Source of the DNA: Nitrospirota bacterium | GTDB taxonomy: Bacteria > Nitrospirota > Thermodesulfovibrionia > Thermodesulfovibrionales > UBA1546 | DNA length: 64,000 nucleotides | Assembly: GCA_021824065.1 (NCBI GenBank) | Contig: JAKALU010000001.1 | Location: 16,154-80,153, forward strand | Direction: 5' to 3' | Part shown: piece by piece, positions 39,136 through 48,706 of the stretch | Layout: the number at the start of each line of letters is the position of its first letter | How positions within the stretch are numbered: the stretch's first letter is position 1 | The notes under the pieces: model-generated | Told to the model about the DNA's origin: nothing | Database searches by the model: none | What the model saw: only the letters and a program-made list of their open reading frames with translations | Translations under genes and position numbers: made by a program

Positions 39136-40707
39136 ATGATAGAACAACCCAAGTATTTTGAAGGAGATGACGATAAAGAAGAGATTGCTCTATTAAAGGA
39201 TGTTTTAGACGAAGAATTCATCGAAGAAGCAAAGGGAAAGACCCATTTTTCAGATCTGGAATATGACCCAATAAAGATATATCTTAAAGAGATGAGCGGC
39301 GTCCCTCTCCTCACAAAAAAGGGAGAGGTAGAGATAGCAAAAAGGATTGAGAGCGGCAGAAAAAAAGTAGCAGAGATTATTTTTTCGATCCCATTCACAC
39401 TTAAAAAGCTTATTGCGCTCGGAGAGCTTATCGAAAAAGGGGAGGCTCCACTGGCAGAGATAATACAGAATGGGGAAGAAGCATTCGAGGAAGACCTTCT
39501 TATCGAAAAGAAGAGATTTTGTGGGATAACAACCCTGATAAAGAAACTGTATGAAAAGAGAAAGACATATCTAAAGAGACTGGATGTGGAAGGCACCTCA
39601 GCAAGCAAAAAAATATCCCGGCTGCTTGAAGATAATATGACTCAGATACTGAATAAGATGAATGAACTGAGGTTGAAAGAGGATTCTGTGCTTACCTTTT
39701 CTGAGGAGATAAAAAAGACAATACTCAAGATCGATGAGATGGATAAGCAAATGGCTCTCCTTAAGAAAAAGATTAAACAGCGTGGACTTGACATTGAAAA
39801 GCTGGGGAATAAAGGCACCAAAAAAATTAATAATGCTTTGAAGGGTGACATAAACACACTTCTTAATGCCTATAGGGAGTGCAAGACGGAAATAGCAAAC
39901 AAAGAGAGTATACTCGGTATTAAGTCAGAAGAAATGAAACAGACACTTAAACTTCTCCTTGAAGGAGAGAAAGAAATTCTTGAGGCAAAGAGGGCGCTTA
40001 TAGAGGCTAACCTGCGGCTTGTCATAAGCATAGCAAAGAAATATATGGGGAAAGGGCTTAGTTTTTCCGACCTGATTCAGGAAGGCAATATAGGCTTGAT
40101 GAGGGCATGTGATAAGTTTGAATATAAGAGAGGTTATAAATTTAGTACTTATGCTACATGGTGGATAAGACAGGCGATAACAAGGGCACTCGCAGACCAG
40201 TCCCGGACAATAAGAATCCCTGTCCATATGGTTGAAACCATGAATCGCATAACAAGGGCAACGCGAGTGCTTGTGCAGGAACTCGGGAGAGAGCCCGTAC
40301 CTGAAGAGATTGCGTATAAAGTGGGGCTGCCGATAGAAAAGGTTAAAGGCATTCTGAAAATATCAAAGGAGCCTATATCGCTTGAGACACCCATAGGAGA
40401 CGAAGAAGACAGCCATCTCAGTGATTTCATTGAAGACAAAACCACACTTTCACCACTTGATGCTGCAATACAAGATGACCTGAAAAATCAGATAAGCAGT
40501 GCACTCTGCACTCTCAGCCCTAAGGAAGAAAAGATTATACGGAAGAGATTTGGCATAGGAGAAGACGCTCCGCAGACCCTCGAAGAAGTCGGGCAGGAGT
40601 TTGAAGTCACAAGAGAGAGGATAAGACAGATAGAAGTAGGTGCGATTCGAAAACTAAAACACCCTTCAAGGAGCAAGTGGTTAAGGATCTTTATTCAAAG
40701 CACTTGA
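39136..40707 (+). CDS. rpoD: RNA polymerase primary sigma factor (sigma-70)
   Basis: Region 2 [39 protein letters not shown], plus regions 3 and 4 ([20 protein letters not shown]). Confidence 0.96.
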   Translation: MIEQPKYFEGDDDKEEIALLKDVLDEEFIEEAKGKTHFSDLEYDPIKIYLKEMSGVPLLTKKGEVEIAKRIESGRKKVAEIIFSIPFTLKKLIALGELIEKGEAPLAEIIQNGEEAFEEDLLIEKKRFCGITTLIKKLYEKRKTYLKRLDVEGTSASKKISRLLEDNMTQILNKMNELRLKEDSVLTFSEEIKKTILKIDEMDKQMALLKKKIKQRGLDIEKLGNKGTKKINNALKGDINTLLNAYRECKTEIANKESILGIKSEEMKQTLKLLLEGEKEILEAKRALIEANLRLVISIAKKYMGKGLSFSDLIQEGNIGLMRACDKFEYKRGYKFSTYATWWIRQAITRALADQSRTIRIPVHMVETMNRITRATRVLVQELGREPVPEEIAYKVGLPIEKVKGILKISKEPISLETPIGDEEDSHLSDFIEDKTTLSPLDAAIQDDLKNQISSALCTLSPKEEKIIRKRFGIGEDAPQTLEEVGQEFEVTRERIRQIEVGAIRKLKHPSRSKWLRIFIQST

Positions 40708-40785
40708 CCAAAATTCAATTAAAAAATTAAAATTAAAAGTTCAAAGTTGAGGGATTCCACAATTTTAAATTTTGAACTTTCTTGA

Positions 40786-40861
40786 GGGCCCATAGCTCAG
40801 TTGGTAGAGCTACCGGCTCATAACCGGTTGGTCCCAGGTTCGAGTCCTGGTGGGCCCACCA
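40786..40861 (+). tRNA. tRNA with CAT anticodon (elongator Met or lysidine-type Ile2), CCA encoded
   Basis: Perfect cloverleaf folded by hand: acceptor GGGCCCA/TGGGCCC, D arm GCTC-AGTTGGTA-GAGC, anticodon arm ACCGG-CTCATAA-CCGGT, T arm CCAGG-TTCGAGT-CCTGG. The G1-C72 pair and the anticodon stem rule out an initiator. Confidence 0.93.
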
Positions 40862-40898
40862 ACAGATTTCGTTAAGCGAAATTAGAGCTAAACGTTCG

Positions 40899-40940
40899 AA
40901 GTTAAAAAGTTGAAAGTTAAAACTCTCAACTCATAACTCT
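40899..40940. repeat. Heptamer-phased words downstream of the tRNA (AAGTTAA AAAGTTG AAAGTTA AAACTCT CAACTCA TAACTCT)
   Basis: Read directly. A related TTNAAAG-type array lies upstream at 40719..40753. Confidence 0.8.
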
Positions 40941-41027
40941 TTCGCCCCGGGTCGCTTCAGGCGACTCGATGAGGAGAGCGAACCCGCCTCGTGCGGGAAA
41001 CTCTTAACTTGAAAGAGCGGAGGTTGC

Positions 41028-41741
41028 GTGAAGGAGAATATAAAATTGCTCATTGAGCTCCAGAAGATAGATTCTGCTATCCTCAAGAAAAAAACTATTA
41101 TTAATACAATGCCCTCTAAAATCTTGGCTGTTGATCAATCATTCAAGGAAGTTCAATCCCTGTACGATAAGCAGAAACAAAAATACGAGTTGCTCGAGAA
41201 GAAAAAAAGGGACAAAGAGAAAGAGGTTGAAGATATAAATGAGAGAATAAAAAAAATAAAAGCACGCACATCAGAGATAAAGACCAATAAAGAATACCAG
41301 GCACATCTTAAGGAGATAGAAACTATAGAAAAAGAACGGTATGCGATGGAGGATGAGATACTCGTTACTATGGAAGAAATTGACTCAACAAGCAAAGCAC
41401 TAAAGGCAGAAGAGATTAAAATAAAAGCTGAAAAAGATAAGGCGGAGGCATTCAAAAAAGAGGTGGAAAAAGAGATAGCCGAGGCAGAAAAAGAATTAAA
41501 TGACCTTAAAGTAAAGCGGGTGGAAATAGTTAAACCTGTTGACGCCGAAATATATAATGACTATATGACATTGCTTGAAGCATGTAAGGGACTTGCTGTC
41601 ACAGAGGTAAAGGATGAGATCTGTCAGGGCTGCAATATGAATATACCGCCGCAGATATTCGTTGAGATAAAGAAGAATGAAGAGATAATTCAGTGCCCCC
41701 AGTGCAGAAGGATACTCTACTGGAAGGAAAAAAATGAATGA
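41028..41741 (+). CDS. Coiled-coil protein with a C-terminal C4 zinc ribbon (COG1579/DUF164-like)
   Basis: Long K/E-rich coiled coil ending in CQGCNMNIPPQ...CPQCRRILY. GTG start. Overlaps the rnhA start. Confidence 0.7.
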   Translation: MKENIKLLIELQKIDSAILKKKTIINTMPSKILAVDQSFKEVQSLYDKQKQKYELLEKKKRDKEKEVEDINERIKKIKARTSEIKTNKEYQAHLKEIETIEKERYAMEDEILVTMEEIDSTSKALKAEEIKIKAEKDKAEAFKKEVEKEIAEAEKELNDLKVKRVEIVKPVDAEIYNDYMTLLEACKGLAVTEVKDEICQGCNMNIPPQIFVEIKKNEEIIQCPQCRRILYWKEKNE

Positions 41742-42136
41742 AGGACGCGGTTCTGTATTGTGATGGTGCATCAAGCGGCAACCCGGGAGAATCAGGCATC
41801 GGCGTGATACTTACCTTTGAAGGCAAGACATACGAAATATCGGAATATATAGGGATAGCAACAAACAACATCGCAGAGTATACCGCACTTATAAGAGGAC
41901 TTTCTAAGGCACGGTCCCTCGGAATCAAAAAACTCAGCATCTTTCTCGATTCAGAACTTCTTGTAAAACAGCTTGATGGAACTTATAAAGTAAAGAATGA
42001 AAGGTTGAAAGAACTATACCACGCTGTAACCTCACACCTTAAATTTTTTAAAGATTACAGCATCAAGCATATCCCAAGGGAACAGAATAAAAAGGCAGAT
42101 TCCCTCGCAAAAAAAGCAGCAAAGACCGTTAGTTGA
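41738..42136 (+). CDS. rnhA: Ribonuclease HI family protein
   Basis: DGASSGNPGESGIG, NNIAEYTALIRGL, DSELLVKQL and REQNKKADSLA, which supply the DEDD catalytic residues. Confidence 0.85.
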   Translation: MKDAVLYCDGASSGNPGESGIGVILTFEGKTYEISEYIGIATNNIAEYTALIRGLSKARSLGIKKLSIFLDSELLVKQLDGTYKVKNERLKELYHAVTSHLKFFKDYSIKHIPREQNKKADSLAKKAAKTVS

Positions 42137-42173
42137 ATTATTTTTTTCTTTTATTCTATAATTAGACAAAATT

Positions 42174-43097
42174 ATGGGAATGGAAGACCACAAATTAAAA
42201 GTTTTCTGCACAGTTGCCGAGACAAAAAGCTTTTCCAAGGCATCTGAGATAATACATCTCACACAGCCTGCGGTCAGTCTCCTTATACAGGCTATCGAGG
42301 AGATTTATGAGACAAAACTTTTTGACAGGGCAAGTAATACGGTGACACTCACACCTGCAGGGGAGATACTCTACCGATATGCTAAGGAGATACTTAATCT
42401 TTACGCTGCTGCTGAAAAAAATATTGGTGAGATGACAGGACTTGTAAAAGGCAGTATAAGCATTGGGGCAAGTACAACCATAGCAAATTATCTCTTGCCA
42501 GGGGTCATTTCAGACTTCAGGAAGACCCATCCAAAGATAAAGGTTCACCTCCTTGTTAGCAATACAAAAAGGGTTGTAGAGCTTTTAAATGCAGGTAATA
42601 TTGACATCGGTCTTGTGGAAGGCGATGTGGCAAGGCAGAAGATGGTTGTGGAAAAACTCGTTGCAGATGAATTAACTCTAATTGTATCACCCCTTCATCC
42701 CTGGGCAAAAAAGAAAAACATATCTATTTTGGAAATTACAAAAGAACCATTTATATTCAGAGAAGAGGGTTCAGGTACAAGGCAGGTAATAGAGAAATAC
42801 CTCGGGAAATACAGGACTATCCCTCAGGACATGATGATCTCTATGGTCTTAGGCAGCACAGAGGCAATAAAGGAATCAGTTGAAAGCGGCATGGGTATCG
42901 CTATTGTATCCCGGTGGGCAATAAGAAAAGAGATCAGATATGGAACCCTGAAACCTTTGAGCTTTAAGGAAGAGAAGATGCTAAGGGAGTTTTCCTTAAT
43001 TTCCCAGAAAAGTGCAATTCCGTCTCATGCAGTGGATGAATTTCTGTCGTACCTTAAGACCTATCCTTTTGATAGACTGCTTTCATGGTCTGAATAG
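42174..43097 (+). CDS. LysR-family transcriptional regulator
   Basis: N-terminal HTH LKVFCTVAETKSFSKASEIIHLTQPAVSLLIQAIE plus a LysR substrate-binding domain. Confidence 0.9.
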   Translation: MGMEDHKLKVFCTVAETKSFSKASEIIHLTQPAVSLLIQAIEEIYETKLFDRASNTVTLTPAGEILYRYAKEILNLYAAAEKNIGEMTGLVKGSISIGASTTIANYLLPGVISDFRKTHPKIKVHLLVSNTKRVVELLNAGNIDIGLVEGDVARQKMVVEKLVADELTLIVSPLHPWAKKKNISILEITKEPFIFREEGSGTRQVIEKYLGKYRTIPQDMMISMVLGSTEAIKESVESGMGIAIVSRWAIRKEIRYGTLKPLSFKEEKMLREFSLISQKSAIPSHAVDEFLSYLKTYPFDRLLSWSE

Positions 43098-44668
43098 ACA
43101 CGGTAATCTATTTCAGAGAAAACCCGGTCTCTCTCCTCGATCTCAGACAACCATGCCTCATTTATAATGCCTGATTTGGCTGCTGTATATAACTTGTTAA
43201 ACCTTTCTATATGTTCATTGATCCTTCTCACAGCATATTCAGATGCCGCTCCTGTTTTTATTATGAATGCCCAGTCGCTATGCTGCGAGAGAAGGACTTC
43301 TCTTGCAGCTTGATTCAGCGCTCTCCTCAGCAACCCCTCAGCGCGTGGAAATATTTTTGCGAGTTCCGTCATTCTCTCGGCCGCCTTGTGCAGATGCCTG
43401 TAAACCCAGCTATTCGAGCTATTGAGCCAGACCTCATTGTAGCCTCTGTAACCCCAGCTCGACATAGAAGGATTTATGCACTGGTGCTCTAAATTTTCAC
43501 TCAGATATTCTGTGGGTGTAACTGTTCTAAATATCTCTTTGTTGCTTTGCACCTTCCTTAGAAGAAAATTGAGCCATTCCGGGCCTTCGAACCACCAGTG
43601 CCCGAAGAGCTCCGCATCATAAGGTGCTGTGATTATGGGTTTAAATCTTGAAGTGTCATACAGAAACTCTATATGCTGCTTCCTGTTAAAAATAAATTTG
43701 TCAGCATGTTCTGCTGCCTTTTGCATTGCCAGCTCTCTGACATAGGGCATCTTATTATCTGTCTTACCCGTTATCCGATGGTATTTTATCCCGGTATATG
43801 TTCTTATGCCATCAGGGTGTATGTACGGCTTGATATAATCAAGTGGCAGATCAAAGCCGATGTCCCTGTAAAAATCCCTGTAAACAAAATCTCCTGGATA
43901 ACCTTCAACAGAACTCCATACCTGTTTTGAAGACTCAATATCTCTGCCGAACGCGATGACTCCTGAAGGACATGAGACAGGCTTGTATATGCCGTACCTC
44001 GGTGTTGGCTTACCATTCAGTATCCCATGAGTTTCTATAAAAAAGAATCTTATGTCAACCTCTTTGAGCAATCCGTCCATCTCGGGGGAATAGCCACATT
44101 CAGGGAGCCATATGCCGGAAGGTGCTTTGCCGAAGTTTTTTGTGTGGTTTGCTATTGCAACCTTTATCTGTGCCCTTACAGCCTGGGGCTGAATGCTGAG
44201 TATCGGGAGATAGGCGTGAGTAGCAGCACAGGTTATGATCTCAACCTTCCCTGTATCATGCAACCTTCTGAAGGCAGACGTCAGGTCTTTTTTATAGGAT
44301 CCTTCGTAGAGGGATTTAATCTTTTTGAACCGCTCATTATACATCCTTGCAAGAGGTTCAAACGAATGGTCGCCTTTTGTTCTCAGCCTCTCTTTTTCTG
44401 ATAACTCAATGAGATTGTTTATGTATCTCAGACACCGCTCCCTGAGCAAAGAGTCATTAAACATCTCAATGAGCGTGGGGCTTAAAGACAATGTAATTCT
44501 GAACTCAACATTATCATTTATAAGGCCATCAAATATATCAAGCAGAGGGATATAACTCTCTGTGACAGCCTCATAAAACCAGTTCTCTTCAAGGAAATAA
44601 TCGTGTTCTGGATGCCTGATATAAGGCAGATGTGCATGAAGGACAAGATTTAAATAGCCCTTAGGCAT
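43061..44668 (-). CDS. Glycoside hydrolase family 57 protein (1,4-alpha-glucan branching enzyme type, DUF1957 C-terminus)
   Basis: GYLNLVLHAHLPYIRHPE..., WLPECGY and ELFGHWWFEGPEW motifs typical of GH57 branching enzymes. The 3' end overlaps the convergent LysR gene by 37 nt. Confidence 0.85.
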   Translation of the reverse strand: MPKGYLNLVLHAHLPYIRHPEHDYFLEENWFYEAVTESYIPLLDIFDGLINDNVEFRITLSLSPTLIEMFNDSLLRERCLRYINNLIELSEKERLRTKGDHSFEPLARMYNERFKKIKSLYEGSYKKDLTSAFRRLHDTGKVEIITCAATHAYLPILSIQPQAVRAQIKVAIANHTKNFGKAPSGIWLPECGYSPEMDGLLKEVDIRFFFIETHGILNGKPTPRYGIYKPVSCPSGVIAFGRDIESSKQVWSSVEGYPGDFVYRDFYRDIGFDLPLDYIKPYIHPDGIRTYTGIKYHRITGKTDNKMPYVRELAMQKAAEHADKFIFNRKQHIEFLYDTSRFKPIITAPYDAELFGHWWFEGPEWLNFLLRKVQSNKEIFRTVTPTEYLSENLEHQCINPSMSSWGYRGYNEVWLNSSNSWVYRHLHKAAERMTELAKIFPRAEGLLRRALNQAAREVLLSQHSDWAFIIKTGAASEYAVRRINEHIERFNKLYTAAKSGIINEAWLSEIEERDRVFSEIDYRVYSDHESSLSKG

Positions 44669-44681
44669 ATAACTTAAAAAA

Positions 44682-44838
44682 GTGCATAGGACAGGCAGTC
44701 TCAGAATTTTTATAATTGACAGGATAAGTATATGGCATAACTCTATCTATTTAATATTATGGTTTTCTTCAAATCTCTCAAAGGGTCTTTTTTTATAAGG
44801 TGTCGTATAAAAATTTTTCACCTGCCTGTCCTATGCAC
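44682..44838. repeat. 157-bp AT-rich unit bounded by perfect 17-bp inverted repeats (MITE-like)
   Basis: GTGCATAGGACAGGCAG at 44682..44698 and its exact reverse complement at 44822..44838. No ORF inside. Confidence 0.7.
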
Positions 44839-44901
44839 AGAAAATTTCGCCTCTCCCTTTACCCTTTTGAATACAATATGCCTGTTTAATTAATGACCAT
44901 A

Positions 44902-45915
44902 TCATAAAATTTTGATTTTCCCCTTGCCTTTTTCAACCTTGCCTATAACAGTGAATGGCACCTTCATTTTCTTAAAAACATTCAACTTATCCTTTTTCAC
45001 GGTTATAAGCAGACCTCCTGATGTCTGTGGGTCTGCTAACAGGAGTCTCTCCTCCTCAGAAAAGTCATTACGGTATTCCACTTTGCCCTCGAGAAACTTA
45101 AGATTATTATACGCACCCTCGGGAACCATGCCTGAGTCTATCATCTCCCTCGTCTTTCCAAGCACAGGAACGGTTTTATGCTCTATCACAAAATCAACCC
45201 CTGTCCCTTCGACCATGTTATACGCATGCCCAAGCAGACCGAAGCCAGTGACATCTGTGGCAGAGCTTGCACCTGCATTTAAAGCAGCTATTGCTGCCTT
45301 ATCATTTAATGTAAGCATCCACCTAACTGCATCCTCCATATCTTTATCCTTTAGCTTTCTGCCTTTTAGCGATGTTGAGAGAACCCCGATGCCGAGAGGT
45401 TTAGTAAGGATTATTATTTCACCTGGCCTTGAGCCTTTCTGCCGGAGTATTTTGTTTTTATCAATAGTCCCTGTTACAGACAGCCCGAACCTGATTTCAG
45501 GGTCTTCAAAACTGTGCCCTCCTATCAGTGAGACACCTGCCCTGTTGAGTGTATTGACTGCGCCTTTCAATACCTCTGTGATTACATCGGTTTCAAAATC
45601 ACAGGATGAAAAACCTATTAAGGCAAGTGCAGTCAATGGTTTCCCGCCCATTGCATAAACATCGCTAAGAGAATTTGCAGCGCTTATAGCGCCGAACGTG
45701 AACGGATCATTTACAACAGGAGTTATTATGTCAACGGTTTCTACAATCGCCTGCTTGCCTGAAAGAAGATAGACACCTGCATCATCGCCTGGTCCGACAA
45801 TCACAGATTTCTTCAATGGTTGCATTGTAGAGCCGATAATCTTTTCCAGGTCCGACGGACCCAGCTTACCAGCTCAACCTGCTGCCTTAACCTTCTCTGT
45901 CAGTCTATAGTCCAT
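44902..45915 (-). CDS. selD: Selenide, water dikinase (selenophosphate synthetase), selenocysteine-containing
   Basis: The track ORF 44902..45825 lacks the N-terminus. Reading on from ATG at 45915..45913 gives MDYRLTEKVKAAG-U-AGKLGPSDLEKIIGSTMQPL..., with an in-frame TGA at 45876..45874 at the position of the catalytic Cys/Sec of the G(C/U)xxK motif. Confidence 0.88.
45846..45876 (-). promoter_or_regulatory. UGA(Sec) codon plus candidate bacterial SECIS hairpin in selD mRNA
   Basis: UGA at 45876..45874. A hairpin CUGGGUCC-GUC-GGACCUGG (45864..45846, 8 bp including G-U pairs) starts 9 nt after the UGA. Confidence 0.6.
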
Positions 45916-46066
45916 TTAGGAATAATACACGATTAGGAATTGAGGATACAAGGCTATTTTAGATTAATTCCTCAATAATTAAAGCCTATTATCCTGACTG
46001 AAAATTTTCAGGTTCAAGGAGTGGCGTAACAACAATTCAGAAACTGGAGGTTCGAATATAGCAGGA

Positions 46067-46095
46067 TTGACTTTTAAAATGGTAATACCTAAAAT
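46067..46095 (+). promoter_or_regulatory. Putative promoter of vapBC
   Basis: TTGACT (46067..46072), 17 nt, TAAAAT (46090..46095). GGAGG lies at 46113..46117, before the ATG at 46125. Confidence 0.4.
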
Positions 46096-46124
46096 ATAAG
46101 TAATACTATTTTGGAGGTAAGAAA

Positions 46125-46379
46125 ATGCCAACAATAACAAAAAAGGGGCAGGTGACAATACCGAAGCCTTTTAGAGAAACCCTGCACATAAAAGAAGGTG
46201 ACAGTCTTGAATTCGAAATGAAGGACGACATGCTGATTTTAAAAAAAAAGGAAAGGAAATCAATACTCAGTCTCGGAGGAATTGCTAAGGGCAGAAAAGT
46301 TGGAATCGGAGATGAGAGGGGATTTACGAAAAAGGTTGTTTCACGGAGAATTGCAAAAGAGGGGTTAAAGAGTGGATGA
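46125..46379 (+). CDS. vapB: AbrB/MazE/SpoVT-family antitoxin (VapB-type)
   Basis: MPTITKKGQVTIPKPFRETLHIKEGDSLEF swapped-hairpin motif. Overlaps the PIN gene by 8 nt. Confidence 0.85.
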   Translation: MPTITKKGQVTIPKPFRETLHIKEGDSLEFEMKDDMLILKKKERKSILSLGGIAKGRKVGIGDERGFTKKVVSRRIAKEGLKSG

Positions 46380-46782
46380 CCCTGTTTTTGTTGATACCAA
46401 TGTGTTCCTGAGATTTTTTGTCAGGGATGACGAATCTCTTTACCAGAAAGCCAGAGAGCTTTTTGAGAAAGCTGAAAGGGGAGATGCAAAGCTTGAAACA
46501 AGCGATCTTGTTATTGCCGAAATTGTCTGGGTGCTTGAGTCATATTATAATTTTTCAAAACCAGAAGTAAAAGAAGTGGTCGAAACGATTCTCGAAACAA
46601 AAAACCTTAAAGTGGCTAACCATTCAAGAGTCAAAGAAGCGATTGATCTTTATTTTTTAGGGAAAATGGACTTTATTGATGCATATAATATTGCCTATGT
46701 AAAAGCAAAAGATTTTAAAAAAGTGGCTACGTTTGATATCAAGCATTTTAAAAATATAGAGGGTGTAACGAATTTCTGGTGA
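46372..46782 (+). CDS. vapC: PIN-domain ribonuclease toxin VapC
   Basis: VFVDTNVFLRFF N-terminal acidic motif and DFIDAYN. 136 aa, paired with the AbrB-type antitoxin. Confidence 0.85.
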   Translation: MDDPVFVDTNVFLRFFVRDDESLYQKARELFEKAERGDAKLETSDLVIAEIVWVLESYYNFSKPEVKEVVETILETKNLKVANHSRVKEAIDLYFLGKMDFIDAYNIAYVKAKDFKKVATFDIKHFKNIEGVTNFW

Positions 46783-46956
46783 GCTATTCTTCTCTGATTC
46801 AATCATATTGGAGGTTATGAATAGAGATGCTTGTTGTGCTCTCTTGCAATCTTATGTTTACTCTTGGCTGTTTTATCAACGCCCGATGTTCGACAGCTTT
46901 CAAGAGCGATTCTCCGGCTTTTACCCTCAAGCCCTTTGATAAAGGCGCATGCAGAG

Positions 46957-48624
46957 CTACTTCCTCTTAAACATCTTCTTTAAATCATCAAGTGAAAAGA
47001 AGATCCTTGTTGGTCTTCCGTGCGGGCACTGGTCAGGGTGCTCAGTTTTTTCGAGGTCGGAAAGAAGCCTTGAGAACTCTCCTTGATTCAATATTTCTTT
47101 CCCCCGCACTGATTTATGGCATGCAATCCTTGCAGCAAGTTCCCCTTTTAAAGACTTGCCTGGATGAATGCCCTCAATGATTGCAGATGCGACATCAGAA
47201 AGAATCCCCCTTAAATCAGCGTCATCCAGAGCATCGGGAAGTGAATGGATAATAAGTGTATCATGTCCAAAATCATCAATCTCAATCCCGAATTCATGAA
47301 GCAGATTTTTATTCTCAAGTATGACCCTATATTCCTTATGCGAGAGCTTTATCTGCTGGGGGAAAAGCAGTTGATGAGAATCCAAATCTGCCTTTTTTAA
47401 AAACTTTTCATAAAGTATTCGTTCATGAGCAGCATGGTGGTCTATCAAAGTCAGCCCACCTTTTCCTGAGACAGCAATGAAAGTGTCTCCAAGGTAAATA
47501 AAGGGTAAAGACGGCTTATAAATAAGTTCAAGATTTTCAGAAATTGCCGAGACAGCCTGAGAGATTGCCGGCTCATAATGGACAGTCTCAGCAGGCATGT
47601 GGCCTGGCATTTCTGTAAACTGTTTTGTGTACTCTTTCCTCTCTCCTTTTACAGCATCCCTTATGCTGACATTAACAAAACGATGAATGCTTTCCTTATC
47701 TTCAAATCTTACCTCTCTTTTTGTAGGGTGTACGTTAAAGTCAACCTTTTTGGGATCAAGCTCTATAAAAAGAAAAAATATAGGGTGTTTGTCCTTTGGA
47801 AGGACTCCTTCATAGGCATTATATACAGCATGAGAGACTGACAGGTCTTTTACTGGCCGTTTATTTATGAATATAAATTGATGCGCTCTGCTGTTTCTGA
47901 AATTCTCTGCATTCGAGACAAATGCATTTGTCTTCATGCCACCATAAACATTGTTAACTTTGATAAGCCCTGAAAGAAACTCATCTCCATATATCTGCAT
48001 TATCCTCTCCCTGAACCCCGATGCTTTTGGCAAAATCATTGCCTCTTGATTATCTGTTATCAAAGCAAAACCAATTTCAGGATGCGATAGCGCCTCTTTT
48101 GTTACAGCATCAATGATATGATAGAGTTCTGTGCTGTTAGCCTTAAGAAATTTTTTTCTTGCCGGCGTGTTGAAGAATAAATCCTTAACCTCAACCGATG
48201 TGCCTGAAAAAGGAGAATCCTTAACCTCTCTTTTTTCCCCGCCTATTATTTCTATAGATATGCCTGACTCAGAGCTTTTAAGCCCTGTTATAAGCTTTAC
48301 CTTTGAAACAGATGCGATTGAAGGCAAAGCCTCTCCTCTGAAACCCATTGTCCTGATGTTGAATAAATCAGCCTCGGTGTTAAGTTTGCTTGTTGCATGC
48401 CGCTCAAAACATAAAAGTGCATCCTCTCTATCCATACCTGTGCCATTATCAGAGACTTTTATCATTCGTTTCCCGCCATAAAGAACTTCGATTCTTATCT
48501 CAGTGCTCTGGGCATCAATCGAGTTTTCAATCAGTTCTTTAACGATAGATGCAGGCCTTTCAACTACCTCACCAGCAGCAATCTTATTCCTTAAATCAGT
48601 TGGAAGGATTTTTATCAAGGGCAT
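46957..48624 (-). CDS. mutL: DNA mismatch repair protein MutL
   Basis: GHKL ATPase N-terminus IAAGEVVERPASIVKELIENSIDA...DNGTGM and the C-terminal endonuclease-type motif DHHAAHERILYE. Confidence 0.95.
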   Translation of the reverse strand: MPLIKILPTDLRNKIAAGEVVERPASIVKELIENSIDAQSTEIRIEVLYGGKRMIKVSDNGTGMDREDALLCFERHATSKLNTEADLFNIRTMGFRGEALPSIASVSKVKLITGLKSSESGISIEIIGGEKREVKDSPFSGTSVEVKDLFFNTPARKKFLKANSTELYHIIDAVTKEALSHPEIGFALITDNQEAMILPKASGFRERIMQIYGDEFLSGLIKVNNVYGGMKTNAFVSNAENFRNSRAHQFIFINKRPVKDLSVSHAVYNAYEGVLPKDKHPIFFLFIELDPKKVDFNVHPTKREVRFEDKESIHRFVNVSIRDAVKGERKEYTKQFTEMPGHMPAETVHYEPAISQAVSAISENLELIYKPSLPFIYLGDTFIAVSGKGGLTLIDHHAAHERILYEKFLKKADLDSHQLLFPQQIKLSHKEYRVILENKNLLHEFGIEIDDFGHDTLIIHSLPDALDDADLRGILSDVASAIIEGIHPGKSLKGELAARIACHKSVRGKEILNQGEFSRLLSDLEKTEHPDQCPHGRPTRIFFSLDDLKKMFKRK

Positions 48625-48706
48625 AAGACATTTTAAAGAGAAGGGCGAGGGTTTAGCAAGAGGGGATATGTTATAATTGTGTTATAACAGGCATTGGAGG
48701 TGGATT

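Noticed and set aside
46040-46062. GGTTCGAAT, a tRNA T-loop-like motif next to selD, considered as a possible tRNA-Sec (selC)
   Set aside because: The flanking bases cannot form a T stem (GGAGG versus ATAGC). No acceptor, D or anticodon arms with a UCA anticodon could be folded by hand.
46817-46939. 40-aa plus-strand ORF (MNRDACCALLQSYVYSWLFYQRPMFDSFQERFSGFYPQAL) after a GGAGG, in the vapC/mutL convergent gap
   Set aside because: The Shine-Dalgarno-like GGAGG is only 2 nt from the ATG. The peptide has no recognisable motif, and the region is the 3' tail of two convergent genes. Its frame cannot be distinguished from chance without comparative data.
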